The notes beneath the pieces were generated by a model. That model made no database searches. It was not told the origin of the DNA and saw nothing but the letters and a program-made list of their open reading frames with translations. This document shows positions 1 through 9,641 of a stretch of DNA of 64,000 nt, in pieces (the first letter of the stretch is position 1; every line of letters begins with the position of its first letter). The translations under genes were made by a program, and so were the position numbers. This stretch comes from an uncultured Candidatus Entotheonella sp. (GTDB lineage Bacteria; Tectomicrobia; Entotheonellia; Entotheonellales; Entotheonellaceae): positions 1,120,001 to 1,184,000 of the forward strand of contig CBDCDA010000001.1 in the NCBI GenBank assembly GCA_965215335.1, read 5' to 3'.

Positions 1-226
1 CCGCGTGTCCGGGCCGACTGACCTGCTGCTCCCCCAAGCGAATCATGCCGGTATCGGGTTCTTCGAATCCCGCGATCAGCCGGAGCAGCGTGGTCTTGCC
101 GCAGCCGCTGGGGCCGAGCAGGCAGACCATGGCGCCGGCCTCGATGCGCAGCGAGACGTCCTGCAGCACCGGTACGCCAGCCGCGAACGCCTTGCCGACG
201 GCCTGCAGGGATAACACCGGGGTCAT
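1..226 (-). CDS. fbpC: Fe3+ ABC transporter ATP-binding subunit (5' part only, runs off window)
   Basis: Manual translation from ATG at 226: [14 protein letters not shown]...[23 protein letters not shown] (Walker A); ATG overlaps the permease stop (ATGA). Confidence 0.85.
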   Translation of the reverse strand, partial: MTPVLSLQAVGKAFAAGVPVLQDVSLRIEAGAMVCLLGPSGCGKTTLLRLIAGFEEPDTGMIRLGEQQVSRPGHA

Positions 227-1851
227 GTCACACTCCTTTGCGGACTACCGTACGACAACGCGAAGGCCAAGAGGGGCAGGGTCACCAGAACCAGCAGCAA
301 CGCTGCCGGAGCCGCCTGAGCGTAGAATTCCTCACTCGTTTCGATCCAGATACGCACCGCCAGGGTGTCGAAACCGACCGGACGCAGCAACAGCGTTGCC
401 GGGAGTTCCTTCATCGCATTGACGAAGACCAGAACCCAGCCGGTGACCAGTCCCGGGCGCATGAGCGGCAGCGTGACGCGCCACAGCACCCGCCAGAGGG
501 GAGCGCCGGCGGAGCGCCCGGCTTCCTCGAGCGCGGGGGGGAGCTGGTGCAGCGCCGCCTCCCCGGCCTGCAGACACTGCGGAAAGAAACGCACCACGTA
601 GGCCAGCACGACGACCGCCACGGTGCCGTACACCGGGGTCATCAGGTGCGCCGTGCAGAAGATCAGGCCCAGGGCGATGATCGGTCCCGGCAATACGTAA
701 CCGGCGTAGGCGGCGTGCAGCAGCAGCGTGTGCCCGTGACCTGGGCGCCGCAGGGCGACGTAAGCCAGCGGCAGCACGCCGGCCACGGCCAGCGTGGCGG
801 CGGTGGCGGCGCCCAGGAAGCTGTTGCGCGCGTAGCCCCAGAAGGCGCCGTCCAGGGCGCCCTGGCTGATGTGGTTCACGGCTTCCGTGCCCAGGTACGC
901 CACCGGGACGCCGAAGGCCAGCCCGAACGCAGCCGCGCAGCCGCAGCATGCCAAGACGCCGCGCCCGTGCGTCAATGCCGCGCGACCGCCGGGTCGATAG
1001 CCCGCCGTGGTCTGAAAGAACCGGCTGCGGCGGCGGAAATGGCGCTCGGCCGCAAAGAAGGCGAGGCTCAGCGACACCAGTATCAGGCTCAGGGCGGCGG
1101 CGCCCATCAGGTCGTAGCGCCCGGTCATCTGCACGTACACCGCCCGCGTAAAGGTCGAATAGCGCAGGATCGACACGGCGCCGAAGTCCGCCATGACGTA
1201 CAGGCAAACGAGAAACAATCCCGCCGCAATCGCCGGCCGCTGCATGGGCAGCACCACGCGCAGCCAACATCGCCAGCGTCCGGCGCCGGACAACCGCGCG
1301 GCCTCCTCGTAGGCGACATTGGTGCGCAGGAAGGCGGCGCGGCTCAGAAGATAAACGTAAGGATAGGTGGCGAAGCTGAGGATCAGCGCGGCACCGAGGA
1401 AGGAGTCGTAGAGTGCCGGCAACTGCGCGTCAGGCCCCAGAACACGCTGCAGCAGGGGGCGCAAGGGGCCCCAATAGGCGAAGAGTTCCGTGTATACATA
1501 AGCCATGATGTAGGGCGGAACGCCGAGCGGCGCCGCCAGCAGCCAGGTCCACGCGCGTCGTCCGGGGAAGTCGTAGCGCACCACGAGCCACGCCAGACCG
1601 ACCCCGCAGACCAGCGTGACGGCGGCCACGGCCGCCGCCAGACGCAGGGTGTTGAACAACAGTTCCGGCACCCGACCCTGCCACAACTGCATCCATACGT
1701 GACCCGACACCAGCAGGGCATTGCCCGCCACGTAGGCCAGCGGCATGACGATGAGCAGCGCCACCCCGAGAGCGATCAGGCTCAATGGCCTGGGACGCCA
1801 AGGGCCGGCATGGCGCGGCCACGACGCCTGGGTGGTGGCAACCCCATGCAT
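223..1851 (-). CDS. fbpB: Fe3+ ABC transporter permease (two-repeat FbpB type)
   Basis: 542 aa, highly hydrophobic, two EAA loops ([20 protein letters not shown]); lies between the binding protein and the ATPase. Confidence 0.9.
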   Translation of the reverse strand: MHGVATTQASWPRHAGPWRPRPLSLIALGVALLIVMPLAYVAGNALLVSGHVWMQLWQGRVPELLFNTLRLAAAVAAVTLVCGVGLAWLVVRYDFPGRRAWTWLLAAPLGVPPYIMAYVYTELFAYWGPLRPLLQRVLGPDAQLPALYDSFLGAALILSFATYPYVYLLSRAAFLRTNVAYEEAARLSGAGRWRCWLRVVLPMQRPAIAAGLFLVCLYVMADFGAVSILRYSTFTRAVYVQMTGRYDLMGAAALSLILVSLSLAFFAAERHFRRRSRFFQTTAGYRPGGRAALTHGRGVLACCGCAAAFGLAFGVPVAYLGTEAVNHISQGALDGAFWGYARNSFLGAATAATLAVAGVLPLAYVALRRPGHGHTLLLHAAYAGYVLPGPIIALGLIFCTAHLMTPVYGTVAVVVLAYVVRFFPQCLQAGEAALHQLPPALEEAGRSAGAPLWRVLWRVTLPLMRPGLVTGWVLVFVNAMKELPATLLLRPVGFDTLAVRIWIETSEEFYAQAAPAALLLVLVTLPLLAFALSYGSPQRSVT

Positions 1852-1854
1852 GGC

Positions 1855-2916
1855 CTAGTCCAATCCGACCTTGTCGATCAGCGCGATCGCCCTGTCGCGG
1901 CTGGCATGCGCCATCGACAGATTGACCGGCGCGATCTTGATGCGGTCGCGCGGGACGACGGACGCATGAGCCGGAACGTTCGGGTTGACGGGATACTCGT
2001 AGTTGACCGCCGCAAAGATTTGCTGGCCGGCGGGGGAGATCAGGAAGGCCATGAATTCCTGGGCCGCCTCGGGATTCTTCGATGCGTTGAGGACAGCGGC
2101 GCCGGCTACCGTGACCACGGCGCCCATCTGGCCGTCCTGCTGGTCCGGTATCAGGATGCCCAGCGGCGCCTCCGGCTCCCTGGCTTTATGACGGTAGTAG
2201 TAATAGTGATTCACGTAGCCCAAGGGGAACTGTCCGGCCGCCACGGCCGAAACCACCGGCGTGTGCTTTGGCAATACCCGCCCCTCCGAATTGGCCTTGA
2301 GGCCGCTCAGGAACGTCTCGGTGGCCGTCTCGCCCTGTAGCGCATAGATGGCACTGAGGCCACCAATGAACGACTGGTTGCCACTCGTTACCGTGCCCAC
2401 CTGCCCCTGCCACCTGGGATCGGCGAGTTCCAGCAGCGAGGTGATGGCGCCGGGCTGGATCAGGTCGGTGTTGTACACGATAACCCGCAGACGTGCCGAG
2501 AACGCCAGCCACGTGTCATCTGCAGCACGAAACTCGGGAGCGACCTGCGTCAGCGTCGGGACGGTGACCGGTGCCAGCAACCCGTGCCGCCGCGCCTCCT
2601 CCAGCACGCCGACGTAATTGGTCATGAAGACGTCCGCCGGGCTGCGCTCGCCCTCGACCTGGAGCTTGGCCAGCAACGCCCCGGAGGCACCCGTTTGCAC
2701 CTGCACGGCAATACCCGTCTGCTTCGTAAAGGCCGCCACCACGGGCCTGGTGAATTTCTCTCCCCGACCGGAATAGACGGTCAGCGTTTGGGACACGGCA
2801 CCCACCGGCCAGCCGATGAGCGCCGCCAAGGCCAGAGTCATCAAGCCCCGCGGCAGGACGCCGCGCCGCGCCGCTGCGGTTTCGCACGCAAAATGGGCCG
2901 CTCTTCTGTCAGGCAT
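1855..2916 (-). CDS. fbpA: Fe3+ ABC transporter substrate-binding protein (FbpA/FutA type)
   Basis: LTVYSGR, SPADVF, NHYYYYR (iron-binding Tyr pair), NYEYPV; signal-like segment. Start uncertain (2916 or 2841). Confidence 0.88.
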   Translation of the reverse strand: MPDRRAAHFACETAAARRGVLPRGLMTLALAALIGWPVGAVSQTLTVYSGRGEKFTRPVVAAFTKQTGIAVQVQTGASGALLAKLQVEGERSPADVFMTNYVGVLEEARRHGLLAPVTVPTLTQVAPEFRAADDTWLAFSARLRVIVYNTDLIQPGAITSLLELADPRWQGQVGTVTSGNQSFIGGLSAIYALQGETATETFLSGLKANSEGRVLPKHTPVVSAVAAGQFPLGYVNHYYYYRHKAREPEAPLGILIPDQQDGQMGAVVTVAGAAVLNASKNPEAAQEFMAFLISPAGQQIFAAVNYEYPVNPNVPAHASVVPRDRIKIAPVNLSMAHASRDRAIALIDKVGLD

Positions 2917-2971
2917 GGGTTTCGACTCCCTCCACTTGAGTGGGATAGGCGATTGAATGCGCAATGGGCGT

Positions 2972-3000
2972 ATTATTATGATGTTGAGAACCGTTTTCAA
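2972..3000 (-). promoter_or_regulatory. Sigma70-type promoter of the iron ABC operon, overlapped by a Fur-box-like inverted repeat
   Basis: Minus strand TTGAAA-N17-AATAAT. TTGAGAAC-C-GTTTTCAA (2984-3000) is a 7/8 inverted repeat resembling the 7-1-7 Fur motif. Confidence 0.6.
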
Positions 3001-3050
3001 GACAAAACAGGGCGTGCACCGCAGCCGGCAGCCGGCTGCGGCTATCCGGG

Positions 3051-4289
3051 CAGGGTAAGCGCATATGAGGATTGCCCAGCGTTCTGATTCAGGTTATGCA
3101 GAGTCATCGCGTGTCAGGACACTCAACCTGGAGAAGAACTGGGCATGGAAAAACTCGCATCGTCCCGACTCCTGGATCACTTTGCCTCGGTCAGTGATCC
3201 GCGCGGCCCCAACATCCGACACTCCTTGTTTGACATCTTCGTGATTGCCCTATGTGCCGTTATCAGCGGCGCCGAGGGCTGGGAAGATATGGAGGAGTAT
3301 GGTCAGGCTCAGGCCGATTGGCTCCAAGAGTTTCTCGACCTGCCCCATGGCATTCCCTCACCCGACACCTTTCGTCGCGTGCTCTCTCGGCTTCAGCCGG
3401 AAGAACTCACCCAGTGCTTTATCAACTGGACGGACAGCCTGCGCGGGTCGCTCGCTGGAGAGATTGTCGCCATGGATGGCAAGACCTTGCGGCGCTCCTT
3501 TGACCGCGCTGCGGCCAAGGGTGCCATCCACATGATCAGCGCTTGGGCCAGTGCCAATCGGCTCGTTTTGGGTCAACTCAAGGTCGATGACAAGTCCAAT
3601 GAAATCACTGCCATTCCCCACTTGCTTGGGCTTTTGGCATTGGACGGGGCGACGGTGACAATCGACGCTATGGGATGCCAAAAGGAGGTCGCCCGCAGCA
3701 TCGTCGAACAAGGGGCGGATTATGTCTTGGCTCTCAAAGACAACCATGCGACGCTCCACAATGAGGTCAAGCTCCTTTTCGACGCGGTCACGACAACCGG
3801 GCTGACGGATGTGACGGTCGATCATTATCAGAGCGTCGATGCCGATCATGGTCGTATTGAGACGCGCCGCTATTGGCTGACGAGCGATATTGAGTGTTTG
3901 GGGGTGAGGGGCTCGTGGGCAGGCATTGCCAGCATTGGCATGGTTGAGGCACAGGTGGAACGTGGCGACGTGGTGTCTTGTGAGCGGCGTTATTTTCTGA
4001 CCTCGCTTGGATGTGATGCGGAACGTTTTGCGCAAACCGTGCGGCAGCATTGGGGCATTGAGAATTCGCTCCATTGGGTGCTTGACGTGAGCTTTCGGGA
4101 AGACGACTGTCGGATTCGTCAAGACGCGGGTGCGCAAACGATGTCGGTGCTGCGTCATATCGCCCTGAACCTGATACGACGCGAATCAAGTCATAAGCGT
4201 GGCGTGAAGGCCAGACGAAAACGGGCCGGGTGGGATCACAGCTATCTGCTGCGGGTCTTAACTGGATAATGCCATATGCGCTTACCCTG
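3051..4289 (+). mobile_element. ISAs1-family insertion sequence, apparently intact
   Basis: Perfect 17-bp terminal IRs CAGGGTAAGCGCATATG (3051-3067, 4273-4289); 10-bp direct repeat GCTATCCGGG at 3041-3050 and 4290-4299. Confidence 0.95.
3145..4269 (+). CDS. ISAs1-family transposase
   Basis: Motifs HGIPSPDTF, MDGKTLRRS, KSNEITAIP, TIDAMGCQ, HWGIENSLHWVLDVSFRED. Confidence 0.95.
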   Translation: MEKLASSRLLDHFASVSDPRGPNIRHSLFDIFVIALCAVISGAEGWEDMEEYGQAQADWLQEFLDLPHGIPSPDTFRRVLSRLQPEELTQCFINWTDSLRGSLAGEIVAMDGKTLRRSFDRAAAKGAIHMISAWASANRLVLGQLKVDDKSNEITAIPHLLGLLALDGATVTIDAMGCQKEVARSIVEQGADYVLALKDNHATLHNEVKLLFDAVTTTGLTDVTVDHYQSVDADHGRIETRRYWLTSDIECLGVRGSWAGIASIGMVEAQVERGDVVSCERRYFLTSLGCDAERFAQTVRQHWGIENSLHWVLDVSFREDDCRIRQDAGAQTMSVLRHIALNLIRRESSHKRGVKARRKRAGWDHSYLLRVLTG

Positions 4290-4306
4290 GCTATCCGGGC
4301 GGCCTG

Positions 4307-4337
4307 CTTGACCCGTTCAGGCCGCGTCAAGTACAAT
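4307..4337 (+). promoter_or_regulatory. Putative sigma70 promoter of the Fur-fusion gene
   Basis: TTGACC(4308)-N18-TACAAT(4332); inverted repeat CTTGAC-N13-GTCAAG overlaps the -35. Confidence 0.45.
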
Positions 4338-4406
4338 AACCGCGTTTCGCGTCGAGTGTCGCGAATTTCGAGACAACGACGTTTACCCCGCCAAAAAGGT
4401 ATCCCC

Positions 4407-5357
4407 ATGCCTGACGAATTCGAGGTTTTCGAAGATTATCTGCGGAGCCAGAACCTCAAGCACTCCAAGCCCCGCAACGATATTCTGAAGGTGTTCCTCA
4501 CCTCCAGGGGCCACTTCTCGGCGCAGGAACTGCACGAGCAGGTGCGGCAGAAGAACCCGCGGGTCGGCTTCGCCACCGTTTACCGCACCCTGCGGCTGCT
4601 CGAGGCATGCGGCCTGGCACGCTCCATGGACTACGGCGACGGCACCCAGCGCTACGAACCCAACCGCTTCGAGCATCACCACATCATCTGTACCTCCTGC
4701 AACCGCACCATCGAATTTCTCAGCCCGGAGCTGGATTCCCTGCTGCGTCAGGCACAGCAACAGCACGCCTTCATGCCGCAGTCCCACGCGGTGCGCATCC
4801 TCAGCACGTGCACGGACTGCAAGAAGGTGGCGCCGCCATCCAGCCACCACGGCACGGACAAGGAGCTGGAAGTCATCCTCGCCCGCGACGCTCTGGAAAT
4901 GGCCATTACCAATGAGCAGCAAGGTCTGCACTTCTACAACCACGCCCTGGAAGCCACCAGCGACGCCATGACGCGGGAGATCTTTACGCGCCTCGCCGCC
5001 GAGGAGAAGGAGCACCTGGAGGTGCTGCGGGAAGAATTCGACACCCTGCGACAGAGCCACACCTGGCTGAACGACGAACCGGCGTTGTTGCAGTTCGACA
5101 ACGAGCGTCTCGAGAGCATCTTTCCGAAGGGCCGCGAGCACATCCGGCAAATGGTGCGTTCGGCCAGCCCCACCGAGGCCCTGCAGGCGGCGATGGACGC
5201 CGAACGTCGCTCGTATGACTTCTTCCGACACTACGCCAACCAGGTTGACAAGCCGCGCGGCCAAGCCATTTTCGAGCAGTTCGCCAACGAGGAAGAGCGG
5301 CACCTGACGGTCATTCGTGAGGCGTACGACGACCTGCGGGCGCGAGCCAGCCAGTAA
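4407..5357 (+). CDS. Fur-family regulator fused to a rubrerythrin/ferritin-like diiron domain
   Basis: N-terminus has GFATVYRTL, EHHHIICTSC and CTDC (Fur). C-terminus has two E...EExxH helix pairs (NEQQG...EEKEH, AERRS...EEERH). Confidence 0.85.
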   Translation: MPDEFEVFEDYLRSQNLKHSKPRNDILKVFLTSRGHFSAQELHEQVRQKNPRVGFATVYRTLRLLEACGLARSMDYGDGTQRYEPNRFEHHHIICTSCNRTIEFLSPELDSLLRQAQQQHAFMPQSHAVRILSTCTDCKKVAPPSSHHGTDKELEVILARDALEMAITNEQQGLHFYNHALEATSDAMTREIFTRLAAEEKEHLEVLREEFDTLRQSHTWLNDEPALLQFDNERLESIFPKGREHIRQMVRSASPTEALQAAMDAERRSYDFFRHYANQVDKPRGQAIFEQFANEEERHLTVIREAYDDLRARASQ

Positions 5358-5419
5358 GTGCCGGCTTACCCACCCTGTTGGACCCTGTTGCTGAACCCAT
5401 CCCGCCGAAGGAGACGAGA

Positions 5420-6619
5420 ATGAACGATGCACACGTGCGACGACCCATCACCCGGCGCGGTTTGCTGAAGGGCCTGGCGGCCTTCGGCGCGGCGGCCTCG
5501 CTGGGGCAGGGGGGTTCGGTTCTGGCGCAGGGCGGTGGGGCGGTGCGCCTCGGCGTGCTGCTGCCGCTTACCGGCGATGCCGACGGTCATGCCAGCCAGA
5601 TGCGCATGGGCGTCGAAACGGCGGTAGCGGAAATCAACGCAGCCGGTGGCGTCTTGGGCCGGCCACTGGAAACGGCGTACCGCGATTCGGAAACGGCCCC
5701 CAACGTCCTGCCCGGGCATTGCCGGGAGCTCGTGCGTGATTGGGGCGCCGCGGCCATCATCGGCCCGTGGGTGGCGGCCGGGCGTCGTTATGCTGCCCGA
5801 GCGCTCGCGGGGTTCAACGTGCCGCTCCTCAACGCCACCAACCACGAGGGCGGCTTTTGCAATCCGGCGTTGTTTTCGCTCGGGCCGACCATGGCGCACG
5901 ACAGCCAGCCGCTGGTGCGCTACCTCGATGCGACCGGGGCGGGCAAGACGTATTTCCTGCTGGGCTCGTATCCGAGCTGGCAAAACAGCATGTTCCGGCG
6001 CCTGCGTTTTACCATCGGGCCACTTGGCGGGCACGTGCAGGGGCAGGCGCTGACGGATACCGGCGAGCGAGACTTCCGGCCCGTCATCCGCTGGATTCGG
6101 GAGAGCGGTGCGGAGGTGGTGATGTTTTGCGTGACCCGGCACCACGGCCGCGAGTTCATCCACCAGGCACGCGAGATGGGGTTGCTGGATCAGGTGACCA
6201 TCGGCTGGATCGGCTTCAACGAGACCCTGGCCGACGGTCTGGATACCGACGAACTGGCGCGTATCGTGACCACCACGCCGTTCGTTGCCAGCGACACCGA
6301 GGGCGGCGTGCCGGCGTTTGTGGCGCGCGTCCGGCGGCTGCACGGTTCGGGGGTGCCGGTCAGCTACATGGCCCTCACGCACTACAACGCCGTGAGGGCT
6401 CTGCAAGCGGCCTGGGAGCAGGCCGGTGACGTCAGCGCGGCGGCGGGGATGAGCAATCTGCGGGGATTGGATTTTGCGTCGCCGACCGGCACGGTTACAA
6501 TCGACGCGGGTACGCAGCACGCCGCCATGCAGGTCATGGTGGCACGGGGCATGGATGGCGGCCTGGGGGTGGTCGAGCGCCTCGGCAACGTTGCCGCCAC
6601 GCCCGGTTGCGGGGCCTGA
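5420..6619 (+). CDS. Tat-exported ABC substrate-binding protein, UrtA/AmiC/LivK-like
   Basis: Twin-arginine signal TRRGLLKG; VRLGVLLPLTG...EINAAGGVLGRPLE. Confidence 0.8.
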   Translation: MNDAHVRRPITRRGLLKGLAAFGAAASLGQGGSVLAQGGGAVRLGVLLPLTGDADGHASQMRMGVETAVAEINAAGGVLGRPLETAYRDSETAPNVLPGHCRELVRDWGAAAIIGPWVAAGRRYAARALAGFNVPLLNATNHEGGFCNPALFSLGPTMAHDSQPLVRYLDATGAGKTYFLLGSYPSWQNSMFRRLRFTIGPLGGHVQGQALTDTGERDFRPVIRWIRESGAEVVMFCVTRHHGREFIHQAREMGLLDQVTIGWIGFNETLADGLDTDELARIVTTTPFVASDTEGGVPAFVARVRRLHGSGVPVSYMALTHYNAVRALQAAWEQAGDVSAAAGMSNLRGLDFASPTGTVTIDAGTQHAAMQVMVARGMDGGLGVVERLGNVAATPGCGA

Positions 6620-6643
6620 GCGGCTTGAACAAGGAGGACACGG

Positions 6644-7183
6644 ATGAGCCGTCTATTTGGCAGCATTCTGCAGAACGGTTTCGTGGTGCGCGACATCGAA
6701 GCCGCCATGCGCCACTGGATCGAGGTACTTGACGTCGGGCCGTGGTTCTACTTCGAGCACATACCGTTCATCGATTTTCGATACAAGGGCGAGCCGTCGC
6801 CGGTCGACGTATCGCTCGCCCTCGCCAATTCAGGCAATTTCCAGGTGGAGCTGATCCAGCAGCGCAATGACGCCCCTTCGCTGTACCGGGACTTCATCGC
6901 CGCCGGGCACGAGGGGTTGCAGCACGTCGGCTATGGCACGCAGCGGTTCGACGCCGACGTGGCCCGCCACGTCGGGGCCGGTTACGAAATTGGCCATTCC
7001 GGCAGCGTGGGGGGGCGCGGGGCGTTCGTTTACCTGCTGACCGAGGGGCATCCCGGCACGGTCGTCGAGTTGTTCGACATGAGCAGCGGACGCGCGGCAG
7101 TGTTCGCCGCCATCGCCGAAGCGGCGCGCACGTGGGACGGCAGCGACCCGATTCGCACCAGCCTGCCGCCACACCGGCCCTGA
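6644..7183 (+). CDS. VOC (glyoxalase-like) family protein
   Basis: QNGFVVRDIEAA, QVELIQQ, EGLQHVGY, TVVELF; RBS AGGAGG. Confidence 0.85.
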   Translation: MSRLFGSILQNGFVVRDIEAAMRHWIEVLDVGPWFYFEHIPFIDFRYKGEPSPVDVSLALANSGNFQVELIQQRNDAPSLYRDFIAAGHEGLQHVGYGTQRFDADVARHVGAGYEIGHSGSVGGRGAFVYLLTEGHPGTVVELFDMSSGRAAVFAAIAEAARTWDGSDPIRTSLPPHRP

Positions 7184-7238
7184 GCGGACCGACCCAGGGA
7201 ACCGACCCAGACCTTACCCGGATCGAAGGAGAGCACGC

Positions 7239-8537
7239 ATGGCACTGGCTCGGTCAGCAGACCACGAGGCCCTGATGGCGCGGGCGCAGCAGTATTTTCC
7301 CGGTGCTTCCAACGGCAACGCGGCCCTGTCGGGGGAGCACGGCTTCGTGATTGCGGGCGGGCGGGGCGCCCACCTTTATGACCCGGATGGCCGCCGCTGG
7401 ATCGACTACCTGCTGGGCTCCGGCCCGATGATCGTCGGCCATGCGCACCCCGAGGTCAACGCCGCGGTGCGGGAGCAACTGGACAGCGGCTCGACGTTCT
7501 TCAACCTGAACGACAAGGCCATCGAACTGGCCGGCGAGATCATCGACGCGGTGGCTTGCGCCGAACAAATTCGTTTCACCTCCACCGGCTCCGAGGCCAC
7601 CTTCTTCGCCCTGCGGGTGGCGCGTGCCTTCCGCGGGCGCGACAAGATCCTCAAGTTCGAGGGCGGCTACCACGGCAACCACGACTATGCCGTCATGAGC
7701 ACCGAGGGGCAGGCGGCGGCGGACGGCCCATACGGCGTACGCGGTTCATCGGGCATTCCCGAGTGCCTGGAGCAGGAGGTATTGATTGCGCCGTTCAACG
7801 ACCTCGAACGCACCACGGCGATCATCGAGCGCCGCCACGACGACCTTGGCGCGGTGATCATCGAGCCGTTCCAGCGCGCCTTGTCGCCGCTGCCCGGATT
7901 CCTCCAGGGGCTGCGCGAGGCAACGGCGCAGTACGGCATTCCGCTGATCTTCGACGAAGTCGTGACGGGGTTCCGGTTCGCCTACGGCGGTGCGCAGGAA
8001 ACCTACGGCGTGGTGCCTGATCTGGCGGCTCTGGGCAAGATCATCGGCGGTGGCTATCCGCTCGCCGCGGTGGTGGGCAGAACGGAGATGATGTCGTATT
8101 TTTCGCAGCCCGACGCGCGCGGCCTGCCGGTCGCCCAGGTCGGCACCCTGAACGGCAATCCGGCCGCCGCGGCGGCCGGTCTGGCAACGCTTGAAATCCT
8201 GCGGCGGCCCGGTTCGTATGAGCGCCTGCGCGAGGTCGGCCAGCGACTGCGAGACCAGTTGCAGGCCACGCTGCGGGAGCACGACGTTCCTGGGCAGGTC
8301 CTCGGCGAGGGGCCCGTCTTTCATCTGGTGTTCACGGGTCAGCCCGTCCGAACGTATCGCGACACCCTGACGGGCGACACCCACAAGAACCGGGTCTTTC
8401 ACGACGCCCTGATGGCGAACGGCGTGCTGAAGCCCTCGGCCAAGGGTTATGCCTCGCTGGTGCACAGCGAGGCGGATCTGGCCGAAACGGCACGGGTGTT
8501 TGATGCCGCCATGGCACAGGTGGCGCGGGTGTCATGA
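7239..8537 (+). CDS. Class-III PLP aminotransferase (GSA-aminomutase-like paralog)
   Basis: IFDEVVTGFR, LGKIIGGG (PLP Lys), GTLNGNP; lacks the HemL N-terminal GVNSPVR motif. Confidence 0.85.
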   Translation: MALARSADHEALMARAQQYFPGASNGNAALSGEHGFVIAGGRGAHLYDPDGRRWIDYLLGSGPMIVGHAHPEVNAAVREQLDSGSTFFNLNDKAIELAGEIIDAVACAEQIRFTSTGSEATFFALRVARAFRGRDKILKFEGGYHGNHDYAVMSTEGQAAADGPYGVRGSSGIPECLEQEVLIAPFNDLERTTAIIERRHDDLGAVIIEPFQRALSPLPGFLQGLREATAQYGIPLIFDEVVTGFRFAYGGAQETYGVVPDLAALGKIIGGGYPLAAVVGRTEMMSYFSQPDARGLPVAQVGTLNGNPAAAAAGLATLEILRRPGSYERLREVGQRLRDQLQATLREHDVPGQVLGEGPVFHLVFTGQPVRTYRDTLTGDTHKNRVFHDALMANGVLKPSAKGYASLVHSEADLAETARVFDAAMAQVARVS

Positions 8538-9641
8538 CGGCCGACAATGGCGTTCAACGGCCTGTTCATCGAGCCGCACGCCGAGCCCGGCGGCGTTGGG
8601 CCGTTGCATGCGGCCGTCACGGACGATCAGGGGCGTCGCAAGCAGGTCGGTCGCCAGAAGCGCGCCGGTCGCCAAGCCGCAGGCCAAGCCAGGGGAGGGC
8701 AGGGTGGCCGCGAGATGCAGGGCCGTCGCGATGCCGATGCCGGCATCCAGCGTTGTGGTCACGACGCACGAAACGCCCCCGGCATGAGCCCGCTCAATGA
8801 TTTTTCGGGCCGGTCGCAGCCCCCCGACCACCATCGGCTTGATGATCAACACTTGCGCAGCACCGGCTTGCAGCACACGCTCTGCCGCCACAACGCCGGT
8901 GACGGCCTCATCGGCGGCTATGGGTGTACGCACGGCCACGCGTACCCGCCGCAGCGCCTCGACATGCCCGCCAGCCACCGGCTGCTCAACGAGTTCGATG
9001 CCGTACGGCTCCAGGGCCTGAATCGTGCGAACGGCCTGTTCGACATCCCACGCGCCGTTGGCGTCGAGGCGCAATTTCAACCGATCCCCTAGCGCCTGCC
9101 GTACCGCCGCAACGCGGTCACATTCCGCCTCCGGGCTTGTCGCCATACCCACCTTCAACTTGACACATCGAAAGCCCGACGCACGTGCCTTTGCCGCCGC
9201 ATCAGCCGCTGATACCGCGTCGGGCAGCGCGATGGTGGCATTGACCGGCACCGTCTCGGACGCTTCCCGGGACAGCCACAGCGCCAGCGGCATGCCCGCG
9301 GCCTGCGCCAGCACATCGCATACCGCCGTGTCGAGAGCGCAACGCACGGCGGCAACGGCGGCGGGATGCAGATGGCTTACCGGCCCGGGGAGCTTCGCCG
9401 CTTCTTCCAGCCGCCTGCCCGGCAACGATGGCCGCACGGCCTCAAGAAGCGTTGCAACGTCGGACCCCGCTTGCAAGTCGCTTCCCGGTACCGGCGCCGC
9501 TTCGCCCAGACCGACCAAGCCCGCATTCGTATGCAATTGGAGCAGAACGCCCCGGTGTTCCGTCTGGGTTCCGCGCACGGTGGCAAACGGCTGACGAAAC
9601 GGTATCCGATACGTCGTCCAGGAGAGTCGGTTCACCTGCAT
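8532..9641 (-). CDS. menC: o-succinylbenzoate synthase
   Basis: Enolase-superfamily motifs KLKVG, LRLDANGAW, EQP, IAADE, IIKP; clustered with men genes. Confidence 0.85.
   Translation of the reverse strand: MQVNRLSWTTYRIPFRQPFATVRGTQTEHRGVLLQLHTNAGLVGLGEAAPVPGSDLQAGSDVATLLEAVRPSLPGRRLEEAAKLPGPVSHLHPAAVAAVRCALDTAVCDVLAQAAGMPLALWLSREASETVPVNATIALPDAVSAADAAAKARASGFRCVKLKVGMATSPEAECDRVAAVRQALGDRLKLRLDANGAWDVEQAVRTIQALEPYGIELVEQPVAGGHVEALRRVRVAVRTPIAADEAVTGVVAAERVLQAGAAQVLIIKPMVVGGLRPARKIIERAHAGGVSCVVTTTLDAGIGIATALHLAATLPSPGLACGLATGALLATDLLATPLIVRDGRMQRPNAAGLGVRLDEQAVERHCRPS

Noticed and set aside
238..2340. Long antisense or alternate-frame ORFs (also 23692-25452, 44974-46827, 58890-60623, 60025-61608, 61855-63375 and others)
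   Set aside because: Shadow ORFs of well-supported genes in high-GC DNA; no motifs of their own.
7239..8537. Calling this gene hemL
   Set aside because: It lacks the conserved GVNSPVR motif and has no hem genes nearby.
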